Of a stretch of 64,000 bases of DNA, positions 35,861-45,138 are shown one piece after another. A program made the position numbers and the translations under genes. Location: contig CAYGBC010000050.1 in NCBI GenBank assembly GCA_964348015.1, positions 167,154 through 231,153 on the forward strand, given 5' to 3'. Within the stretch, counting starts at the first letter, position 1; the number at the start of each line of letters is the position of its first letter. The notes under the pieces are model-generated. The model made no database searches. It had not been told where the DNA came from and saw only the letters and a list, made by a program, of their open reading frames with translations. Source of the DNA: an uncultured Eubacteriales bacterium (GTDB lineage Bacteria; Acidobacteriota; Aminicenantia; Aminicenantales; Aminicenantaceae).

Positions 35861-37431
35861 TGCCTAAAGAGAACAAATTGACCACTGATGTTCTCATCAT
35901 CGGTTGCGGGATAGCTGGAGCGAGCGCTGCATTGGAGGCGGCGAAGAGCGGATTGAGAGTGATCGTCATCACCAAACATTCAGAGCTCGAGGAGTCGAAC
36001 ACGTATTATGCTCAAGGGGGGATCGTATCTTTAGGGAATGACGACCACCCGGAACTCCTGAAAGAGGATATTCTCGAAGCAGGGGATGGGGTCAATAATC
36101 CGGAAGCCGTGGAGATACTCGCTGGCGAAGGGAAAACCACTGTAGATGAGATTTTAATCAAGGAACTCAACATTCCGTTTTCAAGAAGCACTCCGGACTC
36201 ACTGGATTATGCCCAGGAAGCCGGGCATTCACGGAGGCGCATCCTTCACATCAAAGATACGACAGGAAAAACAATCGAGGAGCGATTTATCCAGGCATTG
36301 AAGAAGTACTCGAATGTGACGCTCTTGTCGGACCGCACTGCAGTGGATTTGCTGTCAGTTCCTCATCATTCCAAGGATCCCAAATCTTTTTACTCGGAAT
36401 CCCGATGCATGGGGGCGTATGTTTTGAATAATAAGACGAACAGAGTCCAGACTATATTTGCGCCCTACGTTATCCTTGCGACAGGAGGCTGTGGCGCACT
36501 GTATCTTTACACATCCAACCCAAGAGGAGCCATAGGGGATGGCTACGCCATGGCTTACAGGGCAGGGGCCCGGATAGTCAACATGGAGTACATCCAGTTT
36601 CATCCCACCTCTCTTTTTCATCGGGATGTGGATGGTTTCTTGATTTCTGAGACCGTGCGCGGGGAAGGGGCCCGGCTGAAGACGAAAGAGGGCCAGACCT
36701 TTATGGAAAACTACAACAAGAAAAAAGAATTGGCTCCAAGGGATGAGGTGAGCAGAGCCATCTACGAAGAGATGACAAACAGTAATTCCAGCTACGTGTA
36801 TCTGGATTTAAAGTCCTACGCGAAGTTTGATATCAAAAAAAGGTTCCCGCACATTTATAAAACATGTTTAAAGTATGGAATCGATATCACCAAGGAATCC
36901 ATCCCTGTGGTTCCGGCCGCTCACTATTGTTGTGGAGGGATTCTGGTGGATGAATGGGGGAGGAGTTCGCTGAGAAATCTTTATGCTGTGGGGGAAGTAT
37001 CCTGCACCGGAGTCCACGGAGCCAACCGGCTGGCCTCCACATCTCTTTTGGAAGGACTGGTATGGGGGAGAAGAGCTTCTCAAAGCATTGTTTCTCATTT
37101 CGATCCCGCTAAACTTGATCCCTCAGAGATTCATGACTGGTATTATCCCGAGAAAGAAGAAGAAATCGACCCGGCTCTGGTCAACCAGGATTGGCTTTCC
37201 ATCCGGTCGACTATGTGGAATTACGCAGGAATTATCCGGACGAAAAAACGTCTGGAGAGGGCCAGGGCCGACCTGGATTATCTCCGTCACAGAATCGAAA
37301 AATTTTATAAAGAAGCGAAGATGGATGAAAAAGTTGTCGGCCTCAAGCATGGAATTCAGGTCGCTCTATTGATCACCTATGCCGCTATCGGGAATCCCAA
37401 GAGTTTGGGGGCTCATTATATAAAAGATTAG
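35857..37431 (+). CDS. nadB: L-aspartate oxidase
   Basis: 524 aa. The FAD-binding motif is VLIIGCGIAGASAALEAA. YAQGGI and HYCCGGI are present, placing it in the succinate dehydrogenase/fumarate reductase flavoprotein family. Confidence 0.9.
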   Translation: MMPKENKLTTDVLIIGCGIAGASAALEAAKSGLRVIVITKHSELEESNTYYAQGGIVSLGNDDHPELLKEDILEAGDGVNNPEAVEILAGEGKTTVDEILIKELNIPFSRSTPDSLDYAQEAGHSRRRILHIKDTTGKTIEERFIQALKKYSNVTLLSDRTAVDLLSVPHHSKDPKSFYSESRCMGAYVLNNKTNRVQTIFAPYVILATGGCGALYLYTSNPRGAIGDGYAMAYRAGARIVNMEYIQFHPTSLFHRDVDGFLISETVRGEGARLKTKEGQTFMENYNKKKELAPRDEVSRAIYEEMTNSNSSYVYLDLKSYAKFDIKKRFPHIYKTCLKYGIDITKESIPVVPAAHYCCGGILVDEWGRSSLRNLYAVGEVSCTGVHGANRLASTSLLEGLVWGRRASQSIVSHFDPAKLDPSEIHDWYYPEKEEEIDPALVNQDWLSIRSTMWNYAGIIRTKKRLERARADLDYLRHRIEKFYKEAKMDEKVVGLKHGIQVALLITYAAIGNPKSLGAHYIKD

Positions 37432-37718
37432 ACCCGGCCCTGGTAGTTTTTGAAGCGTTTTTTTCTGTTTCTTCCTCATGCAAAAGGGAACAAAGCTTGA
37501 CATCGGACCTATTTGATTTGATTAATCTGTTGACCGATCAGCTTCAGGGGAACGCTTGATAACTGCATAGAGAGATGCCGAAGGCCAAGCTCTAACCCCG
37601 ATACTTCCCGTTTTTGGCCACATGAGCCAAACTTCTAATTCCTTTGACTTTTAATGGTGGAGAAGTACAATGACTTATTTTATAATAGTAAAATCGAAGA
37701 AAAGGACAGGAGAATGCG

Positions 37719-40496
37719 ATGGCACACGAAGAGAAGATAAAAGACACTTTGAACCTCCCCCAGACTTCCTTTTCCATGAAAGCCAAACTTTCTCAAAAGG
37801 AACCGGAAATCATCAAGAGATGGGAAGAAATGGAACTCTATCAGAAGATCCAAAAGAAAATGGAGAATTGTCCGTCATTCGTCCTTCATGACGGCCCGCC
37901 TTATGCCAACGGGCGCATTCACCTGGGAACATCTCTCAATAAGATATTGAAGGATTTTATCGTCAAAACAAAAACCATGCAGGGATACAGGTCTCCGTAT
38001 TTACCCGGATGGGACTGCCATGGCCTTCCGATCGAGATTAAAGTCGACCAACTTCTTGGAGAAAAGAAGAGAGAGCTTTCGATCATAGAGATTCGGGATG
38101 AGTGCAAAAAGTACGCACTGAAATTCGTGGATATCCAGAGGACTCAGTTTAAAAGGCTGGGAGTATTCGGGGAATGGAAGAAACCTTATTTAACCATGAA
38201 TCCTGAATACGAGGGCAATGTCATCCGGTACCTTGCGGCATTTTTCGCTTCTGGAAACGTGTACAAAGGCAAAAGACCCGTCCATTGGTGTCCGCATTGC
38301 AGGACAGCTCTCGCAGAAGCGGAGATTGAATATAAAGACCGGAAATCCCCCTCCATCTATGTCAAATTTCCGATGATCTCGGACCTTTCTCAAAAGTATC
38401 CTGAATTGAAGGGGAAGAATGTCTCCGTTTTGATCTGGACCACAACTCCCTGGACTTTGCCGGCCAACCTCGCTATCGCTTTTCATCCAGATTATGAATA
38501 TGCCGCCTTTGAAACGGATGGGGATGTCTTTATTGCAGCGAAAAGATTGATTCCTGTTCTCTCAGAGGATTTGGGATTCAAAAAAAATAAAGTGCTCGTG
38601 ACCTTCCCAGGGAAAGAAATGCTGGGATTGAAAGCCCGCCATCCTTTTATTGATAGAGAATCTGTTTTCGTCTTGGCGGATTATGTGACCCTTGACCAGG
38701 GAACAGGCAGTGTCCACACGGCTCCAGGCCATGGCTATGAAGATTATCTGACTGGGATGGAATACGATCTGGACATCTATACTCCTGTGGACAGCGAGGG
38801 CAAGTTTATCCCTCAGGTCGACAAATACGGTGACATGAATGTTTTTGAAGCCAATAAGGTCATCACGGAGGATATGAAGAAAGATGGCTCTCTTCTCAAA
38901 GAGGGTGAGATCACTCATTCCTATCCTCATTGCTGGCGATGTAAGAATCCCGTGATTTTTCGGGCGACCGCTCAGTGGTTCATCGCCATGGATAAAAATG
39001 ATCTGAGGAAGAAGGCCCTGGAGGAAATCAAAAAGGTCCGCTGGATCCCTCCCTGGGGAGAGGAAAGAATTGCGAACATGGTCAGCGCTCGTCCCGATTG
39101 GTGCATTTCCCGGCAACGTTCATGGGGAGTTCCGATTCCTGCGTTCTACTGTCATGAGTGCGGCCACATTTTGGCTGATGAACAGATCACCCTGAGGATT
39201 GCGGACATCTTTTCCAAAGAGGGTTCAAATTCCTGGTTTATAAAAAAAGCCGAAGAACTTCTCCCCTCTGATGTGAAATGTTCCCAGTGCGGTTCTCAAA
39301 ATTTCAACAAAGAAAACAACATCCTTGATGTTTGGTTCGAATCCGGAGCAAGTCACAATGTCCTCGGACATAGAAAAGACCTTCCGTGGCCTTCGGATGT
39401 CTACGTGGAGGGGCATGACCAGTACAGAGGTTGGTTCAACAGTTCTTTGTTCATCGGAGTTGCAGCTAAGAACGCTTCCCCTTATAAATCTGTGATCACA
39501 CACGGGTTTGTCCTCGACGAAAAGGGAAGAGGGATGTCCAAGTCTCTCGGGAATTTCATCGATCCGGATGAGGTCATCTCTCAGCACGGAGCCGAAATTC
39601 TGAGGCTGTGGGTGGCGATGCTCAACTACAAAGAAGATGCACGTTTCGGGAAAGAAACCCTTCAAAGGCTTGTCGAGGCGTACCGGAAAATCAGAAACAC
39701 ATGGAGATTTCTCCTGGGGAATCTTTATGATTTCTCTCCAGACAAAGATCAAGTGGAAACTCAAAGGATGGGACTTCTGGACAGATGGATACTGGAAAGA
39801 TGTGCCCGAATCGGAAAAAAGGTTTTGAAGGCGTATGAAAATTATGAGTATCACATTGTGTTTCATACGATCTACAACTTCTTCACAGTGGATTTGAGTG
39901 CTTTCTATCTGGATGTCATCAAGGACAGGCTCTACTGCTCGGGAAAGAAATCAGAACTTCGGCATTCTGCCCAGACTGCGATGTTCAAACTCCTCATGTC
40001 TTCGCTTGTGTTGATGGCTCCGATCCTGCCGTTCACGACTGAAGAAGCGTGGGAGGTCATGCCTGCGTTTAAAGGAAGAGGAGATTCGGTTCATCTGGAG
40101 CAGTTTCCCGCATTCGATGAGACATGGTTGAGTCAGGAGTTGTTCGAGGAATGGGAGAATCTTGTGCTCACGAGAGAGCAAGTTCTCAAAGAGCTCGAGC
40201 ATGCCCGGGAAGAAAATCTCATCGGAAACTCCCTGGAGGCGGTCATCACTCTCAAAGTCCCGAAAACTCACGAGGAATTCTTTAAAAAGTACGAGAAAGA
40301 ACTCCCCTCCATTCTCATTGTTTCTGCCGTGGAGTTGCAGGCGAATGAGGGCGAAAAATTGGGAGTGGAAATCACAAAAGCCGACTGGGAAAAATGTCAA
40401 AGATGCTGGAATTTCTCTTCTTACGTGGGAAAAAGTTCACAATTTCCCCACTTCTGCCAGCGCTGTGAGGAAGTGGTGAAGAAAGGGAATCCATGA
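37719..40496 (+). CDS. ileS: Isoleucine--tRNA ligase (type 1, with a C-terminal zinc-finger)
   Basis: 925 aa. HIGH-type motif PYANGRIHLGT, KMSKS motif GMSKSLGN, and C-terminal CWRCKNP...CQRCW. It sits upstream of lspA in the conserved synteny. Confidence 0.95.
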   Translation: MAHEEKIKDTLNLPQTSFSMKAKLSQKEPEIIKRWEEMELYQKIQKKMENCPSFVLHDGPPYANGRIHLGTSLNKILKDFIVKTKTMQGYRSPYLPGWDCHGLPIEIKVDQLLGEKKRELSIIEIRDECKKYALKFVDIQRTQFKRLGVFGEWKKPYLTMNPEYEGNVIRYLAAFFASGNVYKGKRPVHWCPHCRTALAEAEIEYKDRKSPSIYVKFPMISDLSQKYPELKGKNVSVLIWTTTPWTLPANLAIAFHPDYEYAAFETDGDVFIAAKRLIPVLSEDLGFKKNKVLVTFPGKEMLGLKARHPFIDRESVFVLADYVTLDQGTGSVHTAPGHGYEDYLTGMEYDLDIYTPVDSEGKFIPQVDKYGDMNVFEANKVITEDMKKDGSLLKEGEITHSYPHCWRCKNPVIFRATAQWFIAMDKNDLRKKALEEIKKVRWIPPWGEERIANMVSARPDWCISRQRSWGVPIPAFYCHECGHILADEQITLRIADIFSKEGSNSWFIKKAEELLPSDVKCSQCGSQNFNKENNILDVWFESGASHNVLGHRKDLPWPSDVYVEGHDQYRGWFNSSLFIGVAAKNASPYKSVITHGFVLDEKGRGMSKSLGNFIDPDEVISQHGAEILRLWVAMLNYKEDARFGKETLQRLVEAYRKIRNTWRFLLGNLYDFSPDKDQVETQRMGLLDRWILERCARIGKKVLKAYENYEYHIVFHTIYNFFTVDLSAFYLDVIKDRLYCSGKKSELRHSAQTAMFKLLMSSLVLMAPILPFTTEEAWEVMPAFKGRGDSVHLEQFPAFDETWLSQELFEEWENLVLTREQVLKELEHAREENLIGNSLEAVITLKVPKTHEEFFKKYEKELPSILIVSAVELQANEGEKLGVEITKADWEKCQRCWNFSSYVGKSSQFPHFCQRCEEVVKKGNP

Positions 40497-40987
40497 TCAG
40501 AAAAAGCTGCTATTTGCTTGTGGTCGTCATGTTGATGGGCCTCGATCAGGTCACGAAAGCACTGATAGACAGGAACATCACCGTGCAGGGCAGCCGCGAG
40601 GTGATTCCTGGCTTTTTCAACCTCACTCATGTCAGGAATAGAGGGGCCATATTCGGCTTTTTTTCCGATTCTGACAGCCGGATTCTGTATGTCTTCCTCA
40701 CCCTGGTTTCAGTTGCCGCTCTGGGGCTTGTGATCTACTATTTTTTTAAAACGCCTCTGTCAGAAAAATTGATGAAGATATCCCTTTCCCTGATTTTGGC
40801 GGGGGCTCTGGGCAATTTGATCGACAGAGTCTTCAGGGGACATGTGATCGATTTTCTCGATTTCTATGTGAAAGATTGGCACTGGCCGTCCTTCAATGTC
40901 GCGGATTCCTGCATAACGGTAGGGGCGTGTCTGCTCATATTTATTTTAATATTGAAAAGAGGACCAGAATGTACCCCATCCTCCTGA
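40493..40987 (+). CDS. lspA: Lipoprotein signal peptidase (signal peptidase II)
   Basis: 164 aa with 4 TM helices. FNVADS and the conserved Asp residues are present. The start overlaps the ileS stop (ATGA). Confidence 0.85.
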   Translation: MIRKSCYLLVVVMLMGLDQVTKALIDRNITVQGSREVIPGFFNLTHVRNRGAIFGFFSDSDSRILYVFLTLVSVAALGLVIYYFFKTPLSEKLMKISLSLILAGALGNLIDRVFRGHVIDFLDFYVKDWHWPSFNVADSCITVGACLLIFILILKRGPECTPSS

Positions 40988-41766
40988 AGATCGGTCCGCT
41001 CACCATCCACACCTATGGATTCATGCTGGCATTGGGCGTGGCGTTGGGATTGCTCTTTCTGTATGTCCAGTCCAAGAAACACGGCCTCCAGGCTCCAGTG
41101 ATGCTGGATATGGCGTTTTATACGATTATCATATCTCTGGTCGGAGCCAAGCTGATTCTCTTTTTTGGAAATATTTCTCTATATTTGCGTCGTCCCGCAG
41201 AGCTTTTCAGCCTGGCCAGGTCGGGTGGCGTTTTCCAGGGAGGTCTGGCATTCGGGATCATTTTTGCACTCTGGTATTTCCGAAAACACAAGATCTCGAC
41301 TTGGAATGCAGCGGATGTGATCGTTCCCGCGCTGGCGTTAGGTCATGGGTTTGGCCGCATAGGGTGCTTCATGGCCGGATGCTGCTACGGAAGCGAGTGC
41401 TCTCTTCCATGGGGAGTGACTTTTCAGAGTGAGTACGCCAGTAACCTCACAGGGATTCCTCTCCATACGGTTCTTCATCCCACGCAGCTCTACGAAGCGG
41501 CCCTGAATTTTTTGAATTTTTTCATTCTCTTTTTTATCCTGAAAAAGAAGAAATTTGATGGACAGGTTTTTTCTTTTTACATCATCAATTATTCCATAAT
41601 ACGTTTTTTTGTTGAGTACTTCAGAGGAGACCATCCTGATAAAGCCTTTCTCATCCACAATCCCTCTCCTTATCTCAGCCTTTCTTTCCCTCAGGTCTTT
41701 AGTGTTTTGGGCTTGATCGGGGGAGTGGTTCTGTTTCTCGTTTTGAGAAAAAGAAAAAGTGCTTAA
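40969..41766 (+). CDS. lgt: Prolipoprotein diacylglyceryl transferase
   Basis: MYPILLKIGPLTIHTYGFMLALG..., HGFGRIGCFMAGCCYG is the Lgt signature. The real start is ATG 40969; the track start at 40876 runs over lspA. Confidence 0.9.
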   Translation: MYPILLKIGPLTIHTYGFMLALGVALGLLFLYVQSKKHGLQAPVMLDMAFYTIIISLVGAKLILFFGNISLYLRRPAELFSLARSGGVFQGGLAFGIIFALWYFRKHKISTWNAADVIVPALALGHGFGRIGCFMAGCCYGSECSLPWGVTFQSEYASNLTGIPLHTVLHPTQLYEAALNFLNFFILFFILKKKKFDGQVFSFYIINYSIIRFFVEYFRGDHPDKAFLIHNPSPYLSLSFPQVFSVLGLIGGVVLFLVLRKRKSA

Positions 41767-42667
41767 AAAAGAATTCCACGTAACCCCTTTATCTGGCTTG
41801 GGTCAAAGGCTCGATGTGTTTCTATCTGAAAGAATCAGTGAGTTGACCCGGTCCCAGATACAAAGGCTGATTGAAGCGAAGGATGTCAGAGTCAACGGAG
41901 TCGTCAGTAAGTCGAACCACAAGATGAAAGAGGGGGAGAGAGTGGAAATCATGTATGATCTCCCGGAGCCTGAAGGAATTCAGCCGGAAAATATTCCTCT
42001 AGATATCGTTTACAGCGATAACACTCTCCTTGTTGTGGACAAGCCCTCTGGGATGGTGGTCCATCCCGGAGCAGGCCACAGGACACGCACGCTGGTCAAT
42101 GCACTGCTTTTCCATTTTCCGGATATAGAGTGTGTGGGCCCGGAAGAGAGGGCGGGGATCGTCCATCGATTGGATAAAGAGACATCCGGATTGATGGTGA
42201 TCGCCAGAAATAAGGATGCGTATTCTCAGCTCCAGCGGCAGTTTAAACGGAGAGAGGTCGGGAAGCTCTATCTGGGACTTGTATGGGGGAAGATGCCCGA
42301 GACAAAAGGGGAGTTCACATGGGCCATCGGGCGTCATGTGAAACACGGGGAAAGGATATCGGTCAGTACAAAAAAGCCGAAAGAGGCACGGACTCAATAC
42401 TTTGTTCAAAAAGAATATGAAGAATTCACTCTGCTGGAGATACGGCCTCTCACAGGGAGAACGCATCAGATAAGGGTCCATCTGGCCGCGTCCGGCCATC
42501 CACTTGCGGGAGATACGCGTTATGGTCATCGAAAAGTGAAAATCCGCGCTCCACGCCTTTTCCTCCATGCGGCTGGTCTTTCTTTTAGGCACCCGGAGAC
42601 AGAAGGGCGCATGGAATTTTCTTCGCCGATGCCCGGGGATTTGAAAGATTTTTTAGATACGCTCTAG
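41759..42667 (+). CDS. RluA-family 23S rRNA pseudouridine synthase (RluD-like, with an N-terminal S4 domain)
   Basis: HRLDKETSGLMVIARN carries the catalytic Asp. The S4-like N-terminus is LDVFLSERISELTRSQIQRLI. Confidence 0.85.
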   Translation: MLKKEFHVTPLSGLGQRLDVFLSERISELTRSQIQRLIEAKDVRVNGVVSKSNHKMKEGERVEIMYDLPEPEGIQPENIPLDIVYSDNTLLVVDKPSGMVVHPGAGHRTRTLVNALLFHFPDIECVGPEERAGIVHRLDKETSGLMVIARNKDAYSQLQRQFKRREVGKLYLGLVWGKMPETKGEFTWAIGRHVKHGERISVSTKKPKEARTQYFVQKEYEEFTLLEIRPLTGRTHQIRVHLAASGHPLAGDTRYGHRKVKIRAPRLFLHAAGLSFRHPETEGRMEFSSPMPGDLKDFLDTL

Positions 42668-42822
42668 AAAACGATCCCTGGGCCGTCCATTCTGCCGATT
42701 CTAAATTTTATCTTGAGAAGGATGGAATTTTTGTTGTATTATATCCGTTGCAGCTTCTCTAACAGAGTTAACCTTTCTACAGAGAAATTAAGCGAATTCA
42801 GCATATTTTTGGAGGCTTCAAG

Positions 42823-44910
42823 ATGAAAGATTATGATGTGGATAAAATCAGAAATGTTGCCGTTGTCGGACACGGTTCATCAGGGAAAACATCCTTAACT
42901 TCTGCATTTTTATTCAATGCAGGAGCGACTTCCAGGCTCCTGAAAGTAGATAAGGGGAATACGGTAACGGATTATGATCCTGACGAAATAGAGAGGAACA
43001 TTTCCATTAACTCCGCCGTGTGTTTCACAGAGTGGAAAGACAGCAAGATCAACTTCGTGGACTGCCCGGGTTACACGAATTTTCTCTGGGATACAAGAGC
43101 CAGCCTCAGGGCCGTGGATGCCGGGCTGGTGCTTGTGTGTGGCGTGGCCGGAGTGGAAGTCGGAACAGAAAAAGTGTGGGAGATGCTTAATGAGGCCCAG
43201 CTTCCTGCAATTCTGATTATCAATAAATTGGATAGGGAAAATTCCAACTACTCCCGAACTGTAGACGCTATTCATCAGTTTTTCGGCCGCCAGGCGGTTC
43301 CTGTCCAGCTTCCGATCGGAGAGGAAAAGGATTTCAGAGGCGTTGTGGACTTGATCAGTAAAAAAGCATTCCTGTTTGAAAAAGACGAAAGCGGAAAGTT
43401 CAAGGAAGAAGAGATCCCTGCCGATATGAAGGAGGAGGCTGAAAAGAAAATCGAAGAGCTGACAGAGATGGTGGCTGAAAATGATGAACAGTTGATGGAA
43501 AAATATTTTGAAAACGGGGAGCTTTCCTCACAGGACCTGATCGAAGGCCTCAAGAAAAGCATTCTCAACAGGCAGTTTTTTCCTGTATATGTTTCGTCCG
43601 CTCTCATGAATATCGGAACACAGCCCATTCTTGACGGGATTGTGAATTTTTTCCCGTCACCCGTGGAGAGAGGAGAGGTCGAACAAGAAAAGGGGACGGT
43701 CAAGCCTTCTCCGGAGGAACCCTTCTCCGCACTTGTCTTCAAAACGATTTCTGATCCGTACACAGGCAGAATTTCTCTAATGAGGATTTTTTCCGGGAAA
43801 GTGAATCCAGACGCTTCTGTGACGAATTCCAGCAAAGATATTTCCGAAAAATTAGGGGGCCTCTTCTTCATGAAAGGGAAGGAACAGGTTCCTGCGGGGC
43901 AGGCCAAAGTCGGGGACCTGGTGGCAACCGCCAAATTGAAGGATACTTCTACAGGAGATACTCTGTGCGCCAAAGGAACTTCTGTGAAGTTTTCTCCTAT
44001 CGTTTTTCCAGAACCATCCATCTCCTTTGCCATTGAACCGAAAACCAGGGGGGATGAGGATCGCATTTCTCAAGCCGTTCATCGGATTACTGAGGAAGAT
44101 CCGACAGTCAAGATAGAGAGAGACTCTGAAACCAATGAGTTGATCATAAGCGGAAACGGGCAGCTCCATGTGGAGATAATTACCGAACGTTTAAAGAAGA
44201 GGTATAACGTGAGTGTTGACCTCAAGCCGCCAAAAATCCCGTACAAGGAGACCATCAAAGGGAAATCGGATGTCCAGGGAAAATACAAGAAGCAGACAGG
44301 CGGGCGCGGACAGTATGGAGATGTCAAGATAAAGATGGAACCTCTGCCTAAAGGACAGGATTTTGAATTCGAGGACAAAATATTCGGCGGAGCCATTCCG
44401 AGAAACTTTATCCCTTCTATTGAAAAAGGAATCCAGGAGGCACGGAAAAAAGGCGTGGTGGCAGGCTATCCGGCTGTTGATTTTAAGGTCATCCTGTATG
44501 ATGGTTCCTATCACGATGTGGACTCTTCTGATATTGCCTTCAAGATCGCCGCTTCCATGGCCTTCAAAAAAGGAATGAAGGGGGCCAAACCCACCATCCT
44601 CGAACCCATCATGAACATTGAAGTCTATTCTCCTGAAGCCTATATGGGAGATATCATGGGTAGCCTCAACGGAAGAAGGGGAAAGGTTCAAGGGATGGAG
44701 CAGAAAGGGACTCTACGAATAATCAAGGCCGTGGTCCCGATGGCTGAAATGCTGGATTTTGAACCCACTCTCACTTCGATAACAGGAGGCAGAGGGTCCT
44801 ATCTCATGGAATTTTCTCATTATGAAGAGGTCCCGGGTCAGCTCCAGCAGAAAATCGTCAACGAGGCTGTCAAAGAGGGCCGGATCAAACCCGAGGAAGA
44901 AGAAAAATAA
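42823..44910 (+). CDS. Elongation factor G family GTPase (EF-G paralogue outside the str operon)
   Basis: 695 aa. G1 motif AVVGHGSSGKTS and DCPGYTNF are present. Domains II-V are present, including HVEIITERLKKRYNVSV and QYGDVKIKMEP. Confidence 0.9.
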   Translation: MKDYDVDKIRNVAVVGHGSSGKTSLTSAFLFNAGATSRLLKVDKGNTVTDYDPDEIERNISINSAVCFTEWKDSKINFVDCPGYTNFLWDTRASLRAVDAGLVLVCGVAGVEVGTEKVWEMLNEAQLPAILIINKLDRENSNYSRTVDAIHQFFGRQAVPVQLPIGEEKDFRGVVDLISKKAFLFEKDESGKFKEEEIPADMKEEAEKKIEELTEMVAENDEQLMEKYFENGELSSQDLIEGLKKSILNRQFFPVYVSSALMNIGTQPILDGIVNFFPSPVERGEVEQEKGTVKPSPEEPFSALVFKTISDPYTGRISLMRIFSGKVNPDASVTNSSKDISEKLGGLFFMKGKEQVPAGQAKVGDLVATAKLKDTSTGDTLCAKGTSVKFSPIVFPEPSISFAIEPKTRGDEDRISQAVHRITEEDPTVKIERDSETNELIISGNGQLHVEIITERLKKRYNVSVDLKPPKIPYKETIKGKSDVQGKYKKQTGGRGQYGDVKIKMEPLPKGQDFEFEDKIFGGAIPRNFIPSIEKGIQEARKKGVVAGYPAVDFKVILYDGSYHDVDSSDIAFKIAASMAFKKGMKGAKPTILEPIMNIEVYSPEAYMGDIMGSLNGRRGKVQGMEQKGTLRIIKAVVPMAEMLDFEPTLTSITGGRGSYLMEFSHYEEVPGQLQQKIVNEAVKEGRIKPEEEEK

Positions 44911-44920
44911 AAGTAAGCTC

Positions 44921-45123
44921 AGGTTTATGAATCCAAAAACACGCAACTTTTGACCCAGCGAGTCCAAAGCTGCTTGGTTTCAGGCCTCGCTCTCCTCTGG
45001 GGCATTTCCCTCGAGGAACCGTGCCCGCTCAGCCTTCAAACGGTTTTTTCTCCACAAGCCTTCGCACAATCCGATATTGTGATATTTTAAGCAAAAGCTA
45101 CGCGTTTTCCGAATCCACTGGCC
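44921..45123. repeat. Intergenic short repeat, copy B: the compact unit of about 200 bp with imperfect terminal inverted repeats
   Basis: The left end gaatccaaaaacacgc pairs with the right end gcgttttccgaatccactggcc (inverted). The right end is the inverted complement of 2293-2316 (22 of 24 nt). The internal core ctcgctctcctc...gaggaaccgtgcccgctcagccttcaaacggtttt is shared with copies A and C. Confidence 0.6.
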
Positions 45124-45138
45124 TGAGTATTTTTGTGT

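Noticed and set aside
37600-37718. Possible T-box riboswitch in front of ileS (aatggtggagaag resembles part of the T-box sequence).
   Set aside because: Only a GGUGG fragment matches. No specifier-loop / AGGGUGGNACCGCG arrangement is present, and no terminator/antiterminator pair is visible.
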